A DNA stretch of 52,806 nt from Desulfobacterales bacterium. GTDB lineage: Bacteria; Desulfobacterota; Desulfobacteria; Desulfobacterales; C00003060. The stretch is taken from positions 1 to 52,806 of the forward strand of contig JAQBAU010000012.1 of the NCBI GenBank assembly GCA_032126655.1, given 5' to 3'. The stretch's first letter is position 1; each line of letters begins with the position of its first letter. Both the position numbers and the translations under genes were made by a program. The notes beneath the pieces were generated by a model. The model searched no databases. It worked only from the letters and a program-made list of their open reading frames with translations, and was not told the DNA's origin. This document shows positions 16,834 to 26,454 of this stretch, one piece after another.

Positions 16834-18138
16834 GCTCCTGCGGCTTTTCTTGTCTCTAGGCTGTTGCCTTTGTTTCGTGGTCTTTTGTCTTCCTCCGGGA
16901 CGAGGGGCTGCAGGAGGGCGACTTGATGCAGCCTTCTTCCGTCCCGGACCGGGCCGCCTGGCCTGGTCCTTTTCGTGCCAATCGTCTTCGGCCCATTCCA
17001 CCTTTATCTTCTCTCCGATGAACTCTTCTATCGCTTCAAGATGGTATACATAGGTTTCACAGGCAAGCATGATCGCCTTTCCGCTTTTTCCGAGTCGACC
17101 TGTACGCCCGATACGATGGACATAGTCTTCAGGATCCTGGGGGATGTCGTAGTTGATGACGAGATCAATGTCTTCGACGTGGATGCCCCGGGATGCCACG
17201 TCTGTCGCTACCAGGATTCTTATCTCCCCCGCCTTGAACTGCTGCATGATTTTCAAACGCTGCTTTTGTGGAACCGTTCCGGTGATTCCGACCGCTGCGA
17301 AGCCATTTCCTCTCAACTTGCGGGTAAGCATGTCAACACCCGTTCGGGTATTTGCAAAGATGAGGAGACGGTTCCACGCCCCGCGTTTAAGGAGGCCGAG
17401 CAAGAGATTTGGCTTTACGCTGTTTCCTACATGGTACAGGACCTGGTCAATCTCTTCTACGGTAACCTTCTCGGGATCTGCGAAGACCTCCTGTGGATTG
17501 TTCATGTACTCATAGGCAAGTTCCATAACGGCATAAGACAGGGTGGCCGAAAAGAGCATCGACTGCCGCCTTGTATAACGAGGAAGCTGTCCAAGGATGT
17601 AACGGAGATCTTTGATGAAACCCATGTCAAAGAGTCTGTCTGCTTCATCAACCACCAGCATGCGCACGTTTTTCGGGGTGAAGACCCTTTGTTTCATGTA
17701 GTCAATGAGACGGCCCGGCGTGGCGACCACTATATCGGTTCCCCTGCGAAGGGCATCTTGCTGTTTCTGGTAATCGATGCCGCCAAAGACGGGCAACACC
17801 CTGAAATCGGTGTGGCTTCCTAAGAGCCTGGCCTCTTCACAGATTTGGACTGTCAACTCCCGGGTGGGCGCAATAATCAGAGCGTGAGGTCCCGCCTTTT
17901 TTGGCTCAGGGTGCTTTACGAGATGATCGAATATCGTAATGAGAAAAGTCGCTGTCTTACCCGTGCCCGTCTGGGCCTGTGCCGCAATATCGCCCCCTTT
18001 CAATGTAACAGGGAAAGCCATGGCCTGGATCGGCGTGCACTGTTTGAAGCCTGCGGAGTCAATTCCCTTCAAGACCTGTTGGGAAAGGTCAAACTCGGTA
18101 AACAGGACGTCTTTCGTTTCTATGTCCAAGGATTTCAT
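16807..18138 (-). CDS. DEAD-box ATP-dependent RNA helicase with basic C-terminal tail
   Basis: Q motif, AQTGTGKT, DEAD (VVDEADRLFD), SAT, HRIGRTGR, and an Arg/Lys/Pro-rich tail. Likely start is MKSLD at 18138. Confidence 0.9.
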   Translation of the reverse strand: MKSLDIETKDVLFTEFDLSQQVLKGIDSAGFKQCTPIQAMAFPVTLKGGDIAAQAQTGTGKTATFLITIFDHLVKHPEPKKAGPHALIIAPTRELTVQICEEARLLGSHTDFRVLPVFGGIDYQKQQDALRRGTDIVVATPGRLIDYMKQRVFTPKNVRMLVVDEADRLFDMGFIKDLRYILGQLPRYTRRQSMLFSATLSYAVMELAYEYMNNPQEVFADPEKVTVEEIDQVLYHVGNSVKPNLLLGLLKRGAWNRLLIFANTRTGVDMLTRKLRGNGFAAVGITGTVPQKQRLKIMQQFKAGEIRILVATDVASRGIHVEDIDLVINYDIPQDPEDYVHRIGRTGRLGKSGKAIMLACETYVYHLEAIEEFIGEKIKVEWAEDDWHEKDQARRPGPGRKKAASSRPPAAPRPGGRQKTTKQRQQPRDKKSRRSSKAQPKSA

Positions 18139-18256
18139 AAGAGTTTTGGGAATATAGAACACGTTGTGCGTATTTGCAAGACAAACCGAGGATGGCAATT
18201 GCCACCTTTTGGCTTGAAATGCCGGGTGCGCTTGGTTAGGGTGTGATCGGGGAATT

Positions 18257-18562
18257 TTGAATCACTTCGCAATTGACATAGACGATGCCTTTATCAGCCG
18301 GGAGCGGCACAAAGCAAGGGAGCTGAGGGCGTCTCAGTGGTGGAAACGTCAGCTGGGACAAGGCCGGTGCTACTACTGCAGGAGAGCTTTTCCCCCGAAG
18401 ACCCTCACTATGGATCACGTTGTGCCCCTGACAAGGGGTGGCAAGTCGACCAAACGGAACGTTGTTCCTGCATGCAAGGAATGTAACAACAAGAAGAAGT
18501 ATATGCTGCCAATCGAGTGGGAAGAGTATCTGCAGTCTCTCACGAAGAATGGTATCGAATAA
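18257..18562 (+). CDS. small HNH endonuclease-domain protein
   Basis: CYYC...MDHVVPLTRGGKSTKRNVVPACKECNNKK (HNH with flanking Cys pairs). Non-ATG start listed. Confidence 0.7.
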   Translation: MNHFAIDIDDAFISRERHKARELRASQWWKRQLGQGRCYYCRRAFPPKTLTMDHVVPLTRGGKSTKRNVVPACKECNNKKKYMLPIEWEEYLQSLTKNGIE

Positions 18563-18619
18563 TGATATTATCGACGTCGGCTGGCCGGAAGTGATGGGGC
18601 TGCCTTGGGTAAGAAAAGC

Positions 18620-20350
18620 TCAAACAAGGAGGCTCCACAGACCTGAGACAATGGCCGTGAATACAAATAGGGTTTCTACCAGGAACTCAAACCTGAAACC
18701 GGGAACGATCCAGCGTCGTTCAAAAGCTATAAGGATCCCTGCCATATAGAACAGGGAAAGGATCATGCCGTAAGCCAGGGTGGTGGCAAGGTGTATCAAG
18801 GGCGCTAAAATGAGCGCCGCCAGAAAGATAGTCAGGACCTGTTTGAGTATACGAAATGTCTTCTTCTCGCCCAGCACTATAGGCAAACTTTCCTGTCCCA
18901 CAATCCGGTCCCCCTGCATATCGAGAATGTCAAAAACAGCGGTTCGCACGAACGCCATGACGGATGCCCAGAGAGCGACGAAGAGCATGGTCGTGGTAAT
19001 TTTGAGCGATACTGCAAGGTGTGGGAGGGCCGCTGTAACAACACCCCACGCGAGAGCAATCAACACCGTCCTGGAGCCGGGTATGTCACTGATTCGCTCG
19101 ATTCTTTTTCCTATCTTGAGCCCTCCGGGTATGATTTTCACCTTGTAGAGAACACCCAGGAGGCTGATGATACACAGGATAAGGAACGGAACAGGTCCCA
19201 GAGTAAATGCCATGAAGAGTCCCATCGCACCTGCAACGATAGCTAGGGTCAAAAGGGTGTAGCGGTTGCGGTGATGGAAGCTCGCCCGATCCGGATCGTT
19301 GTAGCGGACCGCCTCCCTCCCGATAAAATTGTTCAATATATGCATGGAGAATACGTAACAAGCAGCCATCAGGGCGGATGCAAAGCTCGGCACTATACCC
19401 GACAACAGCGCACACGTATAGCTCAGGCAACCAGCACCCAGAGCGAGGTAGAGATTGCTCAATAACAGCCAGCGCCGTGCCCTGAATACTGCAAGGTGCC
19501 AACGTTTTCCCTGATGAGGAAGCGCTTCGAGGGTTCTGTAAACATTTTTTATGACCCAGTTAGGCGTGGAAGCCCCGGCCGTAATGCCTACGGCATCCAA
19601 CGGTTCGATTTCCTCACTGTTGAGTTCTTCCTCGCTCTCGATATGAAAGGCTCGAATTCCCTCTTGTTCAACGACCTGTGCCAGTCGCTGGGTGTTGCCG
19701 CTGTCATGACCGCCCACCACCACCACAGCATCCAGATTCGCTGCCATCTCCCGGACTTCGGCCTGGCGTTTCAAGGTTGAATCACAGATTGTGTTGAATA
19801 CCTTAAAGTGAGGAAAACGCTCGACAATCGTACGGGCCATACGATCAAAGAGGACACCGTCTTGAGTGGTCTGGGCTACCACGATGCCGCGTTTGAGAGG
19901 TGGAAGTCGGTCTATATCGTCGGGGTGGCTGATAACATAACCCGCTTCCTCGGCATACCCTAAAAGGCCCGCAATCTCAGGGTGGTCTTTGTCGCCAACG
20001 ATGATCGTGGTCCACCCCTTTTTTGCGTACTTGCTGATAATGGTTTGAACCTTGATCACCCTGGGGCAGGTTGCATCGATGATGGTACACCCTGCATCAA
20101 CGAGATTCTGTTTGACCTGGGGTGGCACTCCATGGGCCCGGATGACAACGCTTCCAGGAGTGGGTCCAGCAACATCATGGAGTACCGTGACGCCCTTTTC
20201 TGCCAGAATCTCCAGCACCTGAGGATTATGAATGAGCGGGCCGTAGGTGTAAATGGGGCCTTTCTGCGTATTGGCCGTGTCCAGGACGATCTCAACGGCT
20301 CTGCGGACTCCCATGCAGAAACCTGCTGTCTTGGCGAGCTTAAGCTTCAC
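18620..20350 (-). CDS. ispH: 4-hydroxy-3-methylbut-2-enyl diphosphate reductase (IspH) fused to a UbiA-like polytopic prenyltransferase domain
   Basis: The N-terminal ~285 aa has the three IspH cluster Cys contexts (GFCMGV, ATCPRV, ICDST) and GASTPNW. The C-terminal ~290 aa has about 8 TM helices and the Asp-rich motif FDILDMQGD (DxxDxxxD). Confidence 0.8.
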   Translation of the reverse strand: MKLKLAKTAGFCMGVRRAVEIVLDTANTQKGPIYTYGPLIHNPQVLEILAEKGVTVLHDVAGPTPGSVVIRAHGVPPQVKQNLVDAGCTIIDATCPRVIKVQTIISKYAKKGWTTIIVGDKDHPEIAGLLGYAEEAGYVISHPDDIDRLPPLKRGIVVAQTTQDGVLFDRMARTIVERFPHFKVFNTICDSTLKRQAEVREMAANLDAVVVVGGHDSGNTQRLAQVVEQEGIRAFHIESEEELNSEEIEPLDAVGITAGASTPNWVIKNVYRTLEALPHQGKRWHLAVFRARRWLLLSNLYLALGAGCLSYTCALLSGIVPSFASALMAACYVFSMHILNNFIGREAVRYNDPDRASFHHRNRYTLLTLAIVAGAMGLFMAFTLGPVPFLILCIISLLGVLYKVKIIPGGLKIGKRIERISDIPGSRTVLIALAWGVVTAALPHLAVSLKITTTMLFVALWASVMAFVRTAVFDILDMQGDRIVGQESLPIVLGEKKTFRILKQVLTIFLAALILAPLIHLATTLAYGMILSLFYMAGILIAFERRWIVPGFRFEFLVETLFVFTAIVSGLWSLLV

Positions 20351-20384
20351 AGGGGTTCTGTCCCGGTCTCTCGTTGTATTGCTG

Positions 20385-20570
20385 CTATTCCTTGAGGAGA
20401 ATCCTGTGATTGGAAAAGAAGAGGGAGTGAATATGGGCGTGTACGAACTTCTGGTCGCCGAAGATATTCACGAGCCGGAGTCCATCGTCTTCCGGCTCAA
20501 TCTTGTCGACTGCCTCCATCACAAGTTCTTCATCACCATCACGAATCATGTACACATTTGCTTCACACAT
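20385..20570 (-). CDS. CooT-family small protein (putative nickel-binding)
   Basis: 61 aa beginning MCEANVY, the family hallmark. Confidence 0.65.
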   Translation of the reverse strand: MCEANVYMIRDGDEELVMEAVDKIEPEDDGLRLVNIFGDQKFVHAHIHSLFFSNHRILLKE

Positions 20571-20991
20571 TTTCAGAAACGAGCTCCTTTAAGTGTTTTT
20601 CAATCATGGTTTCGATCAGCGGCGGGAGCGGGGACGGCGACAGCCCGACAATTTCTACATTTTCCTGAGTGAGGGGGATGAGGAGCTTCTTGGCTGGGCA
20701 TGCGGCTACGGCCTCAGCGATCCTTGGGGTTACCTCCCCCATCATGGCGTGGGCCATCACAACTCCGATGGGGGCCACGACTAGGTCGGCTTGCGAAACC
20801 ATACGCACAATAGCATTTTCTCCGGAAGCTCCCCGGTTTGCCCGCGCCTTCAGCATTTGCGCTGTGGCAACCGCGTTTGTCCCCAGGGCTATGATCTCCA
20901 CTGATTCGTTGAAAGCTTCTCTGAGCTTCTTGATGACAGCACTCCCAATGCCGCCACCCTGTCCGTCGATTACACAGATTCGCATTCCCAA
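20563..20991 (-). CDS. DUF3842-family protein
   Basis: MRICVIDGQGGGIGSAVIKKLRE...ALGTNAVATAQMLKA...GENAIV. 8-nt overlap with the CooT-like gene. Confidence 0.55.
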   Translation of the reverse strand: MGMRICVIDGQGGGIGSAVIKKLREAFNESVEIIALGTNAVATAQMLKARANRGASGENAIVRMVSQADLVVAPIGVVMAHAMMGEVTPRIAEAVAACPAKKLLIPLTQENVEIVGLSPSPLPPLIETMIEKHLKELVSENV

Positions 20992-21203
20992 GATGATACC
21001 CCCTCAACGCTTCTTGTCGCGGGCTGTTCGAACCTGGTCATCATCAAAACAACAAACGAAAAGAAGCATCCCAACAAAAGACGCTTAGAATCTCTCTATC
21101 TGTTTCGTGCAATTAGGAAGTTAGCAGATTGGGGATGGGGGGTCAATAAGAAGGCAAAGGAAGAACGGGCAAAACAAGGTCATGGGGAGAGATGAGAGAC
21201 GGA

Positions 21204-22319
21204 CTACTCTATCTTTGGAAAGACGTTTGCCTTGAAATACTCAAGGCATTTTTGCATGTAGTGCCTGGATTTCTCCTGCCAAGCACTTCTGTGTTCGGCA
21301 TCTCGAAGTTTTTTACCGCGGAAGCCTTGAGCAGAGAGGGGTTCTATCATGGACTCTGGCAGGTCATCAGGCAGGTCAATCCCGTTCATAATCGCCCATG
21401 CCAACGTCCAGGCACGTGCCACACTTGCCGGGTTGTAGCCCCCTCCCCCTAATGCTACCCAAGGGATTCCTGCCTCGGTCAGATAACTGATGGCTTTACA
21501 GAATCCATTGGTGGTGAGCTCAAGCGCAGCAAGGGGATCATCTACGAATGTGTCAACGCCGAGCTGAGAAACGACCACGTCCGGGCGGAACCGCTCTATG
21601 AGTATGGGGACGACTGCGCTAAAACCTTCCCAGAACACATGGTCATCCGTGCCCGGGAGCAGGGGTATGTTTACCGAATACCCTATTCCCTCTCCGCGGC
21701 CCATCTCCCCGATTCCGCCGGTGCCAGGGAACAAGGTGCGCCCGTCCTGGTGAAAAGAAACGGTCAACACCCTGGGGTCTTCATAAAACGCCCATTGGAC
21801 GCCATCGCCGTGGTGGGCATCTATGTCTAAATACATGACACGTTTCCCTAAATCCACAAAATGGTAGATGGCGAGGACCGGGTCGTTCGCATAGCAGAAC
21901 CCTGAGGCCTTTGAGGCCCCGGCATGGTGGAGACCGCCGGCGATGTTAAAAGCGACATCGACCTGACCCTCGGAGACCAGTTCAGCACACTGAAGGGATG
22001 CGCCCGTATGAAGCTGCGACCACTCCCAAAGACCAGGAAAGACGGGGTTGTCCCCTGGCCCGATTCCGTATGAGAATCCCCTGGTCATGCGATCGGAACT
22101 CGCGCCTTTCAAGATCTCAACATATTCGCCCGTGTGAAAGCGGAGGAAGGCCGAGTCGGATGCAGGCGTGGTTTCAATCAACGATGCATCAGGAAGGGAG
22201 TAAAGATCGTATGCCGTGCAAAGGTCGTAGGTGAGGCGCAATCTCTCTATCTTAAGAGGATGACTCGCCCCGTAGTCGTATGCAAAGTACTTGTTGGTAT
22301 AAAGAAAGGCTGTTTTCAT
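21204..22319 (-). CDS. histone deacetylase-family enzyme (AcuC/acetylpolyamine amidohydrolase-like)
   Basis: GGLHHAGASKASGFCY and DIDAHHGDGVQ motifs. Confidence 0.85.
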   Translation of the reverse strand: MKTAFLYTNKYFAYDYGASHPLKIERLRLTYDLCTAYDLYSLPDASLIETTPASDSAFLRFHTGEYVEILKGASSDRMTRGFSYGIGPGDNPVFPGLWEWSQLHTGASLQCAELVSEGQVDVAFNIAGGLHHAGASKASGFCYANDPVLAIYHFVDLGKRVMYLDIDAHHGDGVQWAFYEDPRVLTVSFHQDGRTLFPGTGGIGEMGRGEGIGYSVNIPLLPGTDDHVFWEGFSAVVPILIERFRPDVVVSQLGVDTFVDDPLAALELTTNGFCKAISYLTEAGIPWVALGGGGYNPASVARAWTLAWAIMNGIDLPDDLPESMIEPLSAQGFRGKKLRDAEHRSAWQEKSRHYMQKCLEYFKANVFPKIE

Positions 22320-22582
22320 CAGGGCTTGAGGACTTTCTTGTAGAACTTCTTGTATATCATAGTGTTAAGCGCCCTCGCAACATTGATGAGCTGACATAAC
22401 GAGAAACCCGTTAGCATTGTGGCAGGTTAAGGGTTGATGACAAGTTGGACTTGCGTTCCCCCACCCCTAAGAGGGTTGCAATAAACAGAGTGACATGTGT
22501 AACATCAGATGATAACCAAGTCCGGATTGCCTGAGCTTGCGTCCGGTTACCAGGCCACGCGGAGCGGAGAGGAGTTTCTGCT

Positions 22583-23512
22583 ATGGAGAAGAAAGTTCTG
22601 TTGGTGGTTGATGGATCGATTCACTCAACGCATGCGGTCACATATGCAGCCAGGATATCCTCGGTGGTAAAAGACCTCAGCTACACGTTGTTTCATGTTC
22701 AGCCTACCCTTTCCCGGTATCTTTTGGATGAAGCTGAATGCGATCTCGAGTCAAGGGCTGCGCTCAAAAAAGTCGTCCGCAAAAATGCCGAACATGCCTG
22801 CCAGATCCTGGAGCAGCACAAAAACAGGATGGTGCTCATGGGAATCGATGAAAAGCGCATCGAAACTGCGACCCAGAAGAAGGTCATGGGAATTGCCAAA
22901 GATATTTTGGACCGTGGCCAGCGGGGCCTCTATGATGCGATTCTGGTGGGCCGAAGAGGCCTGTCGCGCCTGCAGCAAACCTTTATGGGCAGCACAACTT
23001 CCCAGTTGGTGGAGCATTCCAGGTTGATCCCGGTGTGGGTGGTGGACGGTGATGTGGAGTCTATGAAAGTGATGTTGGCCGTGGACGGTTCTGAGGCGTC
23101 ACTTCGGGCTGTGGATCACTTTAGCTTCATGGTGGGGGGAAACGAAGAACTGAAGGTGACGGTGTTTCACGTTACGCCAATGCTCAGAAACTATTGCGCC
23201 ATTGATTTCGATGAGAAAGAAAGTGACGCAGGAAAGGTCATTGCTCGGGGCGCCAGACGATGTGTTGACCATTTTTATGCCCAGGCACGGAAGAAATTTA
23301 CAGAGGCAGGCCTCCGGGATGATCAAGTAGAACTCGAGGTGGTCAAGCGTAGCGTGGATGTCGGCAAGGCCATCGTGGGCCAGATTCGGAAGCAAGACTA
23401 TGGGACGGTGGTCCTTGGCAGGCGCGGGACGGGCGAGGCTTTCTTCATGGGAAGCGTGTCGAAATACGTGCTCGACAAGACATATGGCCGCGCCCTGTGG
23501 GTTGTCTCTTAA
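22583..23512 (+). CDS. tandem-domain universal stress protein
   Basis: Two UspA repeats, each ending with a G-x-RG...GS.. motif (VGRRGLSRLQQTFMGSTT; LGRRGTGEAFFMGSVS). Confidence 0.8.
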   Translation: MEKKVLLVVDGSIHSTHAVTYAARISSVVKDLSYTLFHVQPTLSRYLLDEAECDLESRAALKKVVRKNAEHACQILEQHKNRMVLMGIDEKRIETATQKKVMGIAKDILDRGQRGLYDAILVGRRGLSRLQQTFMGSTTSQLVEHSRLIPVWVVDGDVESMKVMLAVDGSEASLRAVDHFSFMVGGNEELKVTVFHVTPMLRNYCAIDFDEKESDAGKVIARGARRCVDHFYAQARKKFTEAGLRDDQVELEVVKRSVDVGKAIVGQIRKQDYGTVVLGRRGTGEAFFMGSVSKYVLDKTYGRALWVVS

Positions 23513-23606
23513 GACAGGGACATCTAAAACATCATCCTCTTGACTGTAGCCGTAAAGTGATTAGTTTTTTGTTGAAGTATAACGGGACAGGAAGGAGGTT
23601 GATGAT

Positions 23607-24050
23607 ATGTTTGCTCTTACACCCATACTTAGACGAAAGGGATTCTTGAGCCGTCCTGAAGCGGACTTCTTTGATCGCTTCTTTGGCGATTTCACCCTGC
23701 CAAGCCTGATGTTTGAAGACACGGAATGGACACCGGCTTTTGACGTGTCCGAGACCGATAGGGAACTCATGATCAAAGCCGAGGTTCCCGGCATGGACAA
23801 GAAGGACATCAACATTACCGTGTCAGACGGAATGCTGACCATCAAGGGGGAGAGAAAGCACGAAAAGAAAGAGGAGAACGAGCACTACCACCGTGTTGAA
23901 ACACGCTACGGCACGTTCTCCAGGACTCTGAGACTCCCTACCGAGGTCAAGGCAGACAAGGTAGATGCAACCTATAAGGATGGGGTACTCAATATCACAC
24001 TCCCCAAGTCCGAAGCTGTTGAGCCGAAGAAAATAGAGATAAAGAGCTAA
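23607..24050 (+). CDS. Hsp20/alpha-crystallin small heat-shock protein
   Basis: Alpha-crystallin domain (PAFDVSETDRELMIKAEVPGMDKKDINI...GVLNITLPK). Confidence 0.9.
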   Translation: MFALTPILRRKGFLSRPEADFFDRFFGDFTLPSLMFEDTEWTPAFDVSETDRELMIKAEVPGMDKKDINITVSDGMLTIKGERKHEKKEENEHYHRVETRYGTFSRTLRLPTEVKADKVDATYKDGVLNITLPKSEAVEPKKIEIKS

Positions 24051-24069
24051 TGAAATCCCGAGTTTAAAG

Positions 24070-24104
24070 GGTGCGCCGGGTACGAGCCCGGCGCACCTTT
24101 TTTC
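24070..24104 (+). terminator. rho-independent terminator after hsp20
   Basis: ggtgcgccggg-tacgag-cccggcgcacc followed by tttttt. Confidence 0.8.
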
Positions 24105-24252
24105 TCTTGACTGAAAAAGCCCCAACCCCATCCATTATTCTATTGACCCACCTCTAAGATACTTATTATAAAGGAGAACCCCAGAACTTTGAGGGGGCTG
24201 GAACTGGTAATGGTGATTCTTTAACACATGGAATACATCGGGAGAAATTGCC

Positions 24253-24741
24253 GTGCCCATCTATGAATTCTATTGCAAAGATTGCAACACCCTGTTCAAC
24301 TTCTTATCCAGAGGGGTGAATACGACCAAGCGGCCGATCTGTCCCAAGTGCAAGAACGCAAAGCTCGAAAGACAGATGTCTACTTTTGCCAGGCTCACGG
24401 GGGCAAAGGAGGGTGGCGACCTGGATGATCTTCCTGTGGATGAGACCAAGATGGAGAAAGCAATGAATATGTTGGCCCGGGAAGCCGAGGGGGTCAGCGA
24501 GGATGACCCCAGGCAGGCCGTCAACTTGATGCGCAAGCTCTCGGATGTTGCTGGTATTGGTTTTGGACCAGGGATGGAAGAAGCCTTAAGCCGGATGGAA
24601 GCAGGGGAAGACCCCGAACAGGTAGAGGCAGAGATGGGGGACCTGCTCAATGAGGAGGAGCCATTCATCATCGGGGAGAAGAAGGGCCGGAAGACCACGC
24701 GGGTGGAACCGCTCATCGACAAGACGCTTTATGAGTTGTAG
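24253..24741 (+). CDS. FmdB-family zinc-ribbon protein with acidic C-terminal extension
   Basis: MPIYEFYCKDCNTLF...CPKCKN at the N-terminus. GTG start. Confidence 0.7.
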   Translation: MPIYEFYCKDCNTLFNFLSRGVNTTKRPICPKCKNAKLERQMSTFARLTGAKEGGDLDDLPVDETKMEKAMNMLAREAEGVSEDDPRQAVNLMRKLSDVAGIGFGPGMEEALSRMEAGEDPEQVEAEMGDLLNEEEPFIIGEKKGRKTTRVEPLIDKTLYEL

Positions 24742-24815
24742 GTAAGGATTCAACTTGTTGAATAAAAAGGATATTTTGTTCGGAGTGTTTGCCTCAGAAT
24801 GAGGGGATTGCTACC

Positions 24816-25352
24816 ATGACCAAAAAAGAGGTCATTCTTAGAGGTCCTGATATCGACCGGATCTTAACACGGATGACGCACGAGATTCTCAAGCAGCATA
24901 AGGGAACGGAAAATCTCGTACTCATCGGCATCCGGACGGGGGGTGTGTTCCTCGCGGATCGAATAAAGACAAAGGTTCTTGCTATCGAAGGGACAGACAT
25001 TCCGACGGGAGATCTCGATATCACTCTCTACAGAGACGACTGGACCCGTATCGGCCACCAGCCCACAGTGCAGAAGACAGAGCTTCCGTTCTCCCTGGAC
25101 GGCAAACAGGTGGTTCTGGTAGACGATGTCCTTTTTACCGGCCGCACGGTTCGAGCGGCCATGGACGCCCTGATAGATTTTGGACGCCCAGACCGGATTG
25201 AATTGGCCGTCCTTGTGGACCGGGGTCACCGCGAACTGCCGATTCAGGCCAACTACGTTGGGAAACATGTGAAAACCATCCATGACACCATGGTCAACGT
25301 CTACCTCAACGAAAAAGGTGGGGTTGACGAAGTGGCTGTCAGTCCGCAATAA
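24816..25352 (+). CDS. pyrR: bifunctional pyrimidine operon regulator / uracil phosphoribosyltransferase
   Basis: PRTase motif VVLVDDVLFTGRTVRAA and PyrR-type N-terminus (ILTRMTHEI). The listed ORF starts at 24789. Confidence 0.85.
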   Translation: MTKKEVILRGPDIDRILTRMTHEILKQHKGTENLVLIGIRTGGVFLADRIKTKVLAIEGTDIPTGDLDITLYRDDWTRIGHQPTVQKTELPFSLDGKQVVLVDDVLFTGRTVRAAMDALIDFGRPDRIELAVLVDRGHRELPIQANYVGKHVKTIHDTMVNVYLNEKGGVDEVAVSPQ

Positions 25353-25515
25353 AGTCCCGTATTCGAAGACAATATGTGCTTCAAGACCTATTCATAGGGC
25401 AGGCCGTTCACACCTTTGACTACGCCCAGAATTCATCTTCATTTTTCTCCTATAATTGGGCCGGCGTTGGGATAGACGAGACCCCATTCTTTTTTGGCGT
25501 AATGCTTATTTGATG

Positions 25516-25542
25516 TTGACAAATTTCGATTTTTCGTATAAT
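25516..25542 (+). promoter_or_regulatory. candidate sigma70 promoter of dsrC
   Basis: TTGACA (25516-25521) and TATAAT (25537-25542), both consensus hexamers. The spacer counted is only 15 nt. Confidence 0.45.
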
Positions 25543-25616
25543 AGGATCAGACGCTAAAACAGCAACTGCAACGAGTGCAAAGGTAGAATCTTAACAAAGA
25601 AAAGGAGGACGTTGGC

Positions 25617-25934
25617 ATGCCAGAAATCGAGTTTGAAGGTCAAACCTTTAGTGTAGACGAGGACGGTTTCATTGACGATTATAAAAACTGGTCTCAAGGA
25701 TGGGTCAAGTATGTGAAGTCGGTTGAGGGGATCGATGAACTGACCGATGAGCACCAGAAGTGCGTGACTTTCCTGCGGGAATACTATGAGAAGAATGGGA
25801 TTGCCCCTATGGTCAGGATCTTCTCGAAGGTTACCGGTTTCAAACTGAAGCACATCTACGAGTTGTTCCCGTCTGGACCAGGTAAAGGCGCATGCAAGAT
25901 GGCAGGTCTTCCCAAACCGACCGGATGCGTATAG
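25617..25934 (+). CDS. dsrC: DsrC (dissimilatory sulfite reductase gamma subunit / trisulfide carrier)
   Basis: TusE/DsrC fold with the flexible C-terminal arm carrying both conserved Cys: CKMAGLPKPTGCV-stop. Confidence 0.9.
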   Translation: MPEIEFEGQTFSVDEDGFIDDYKNWSQGWVKYVKSVEGIDELTDEHQKCVTFLREYYEKNGIAPMVRIFSKVTGFKLKHIYELFPSGPGKGACKMAGLPKPTGCV

Positions 25935-25977
25935 TTAAAAAGCTTTGATTTAGTGAGACAATTTGGACGTCCGAAAA

Positions 25978-26012
25978 AGAGGCTTTACTGCGCAGTAGAG
26001 CCTCTTTTTTTT
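25978..26012 (+). terminator. rho-independent terminator after dsrC
   Basis: agaggctttact-gcgc-agtagagcctct followed by tttttttt. Confidence 0.8.
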
Positions 26013-26025
26013 GTCTGGTGAGCTC

Positions 26026-26418
26026 ATGAAACAGACAATCTCGGTTAAGACCAAATCCAAGACTGAATTCGTTGAGATTACCGGGGCTGTCGAGGATGCC
26101 ATCCGATCTCAAGGAGTCGATGAAGGGATTTGTATGCTCTTTGTTCCGCATACCACGGCGGGTATTACGATCAATGAGAGCGCGGATCCCAATGTCAAAT
26201 CAGATATCTTGATGGTTCTGAATAAGATGGTCCCCTGGAAGGAGGCGTATCGTCACCTGGAAGGGAATTCGCCAGCCCACATCAAAGCCAGCATCATCGG
26301 GGCCTCAGAGCTCATTGCGGTGGAGGGCGGCCGCCTGAAATTGGGGACATGGCAAGGGGTGTTTTTCTGCGAGTTTGATGGCCCTCGGAGTAGAAAGGTC
26401 CACATCCGGCTCGTATAG
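26026..26418 (+). CDS. YjbQ/UPF0047-family protein (secondary thiamine-phosphate synthase family)
   Basis: HTTAGITINE...DP and SPAHIKASIIG motifs. ATG 26026 lies downstream of the terminator T-run. Confidence 0.8.
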   Translation: MKQTISVKTKSKTEFVEITGAVEDAIRSQGVDEGICMLFVPHTTAGITINESADPNVKSDILMVLNKMVPWKEAYRHLEGNSPAHIKASIIGASELIAVEGGRLKLGTWQGVFFCEFDGPRSRKVHIRLV

Positions 26419-26454
26419 ACATGGCGAAGCATACCAGTGGATATTTTGACCAGA

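Noticed and set aside
18257-18562. The HNH endonuclease as a marker of a mobile element or defence island; likewise tRNA-Leu (52062-52149) as an integration hotspot.
   Set aside because: No integrase, transposase, terminal repeats, phage genes or restriction/defence partners are adjacent. The flanking genes are housekeeping.
22340-22582. Sigma-54 type promoter upstream of the usp gene (tggcaggttaagggttg).
   Set aside because: The GG/GC spacing does not fit the TGGCAC-N5-TTGC consensus.
24742-24815. PyrR-binding attenuator loop upstream of pyrR (hairpin cctca-gaa-tgagg).
   Set aside because: It does not match the ARUCCAGAGAGGYU binding-loop consensus, and no terminator/antiterminator alternative is visible.
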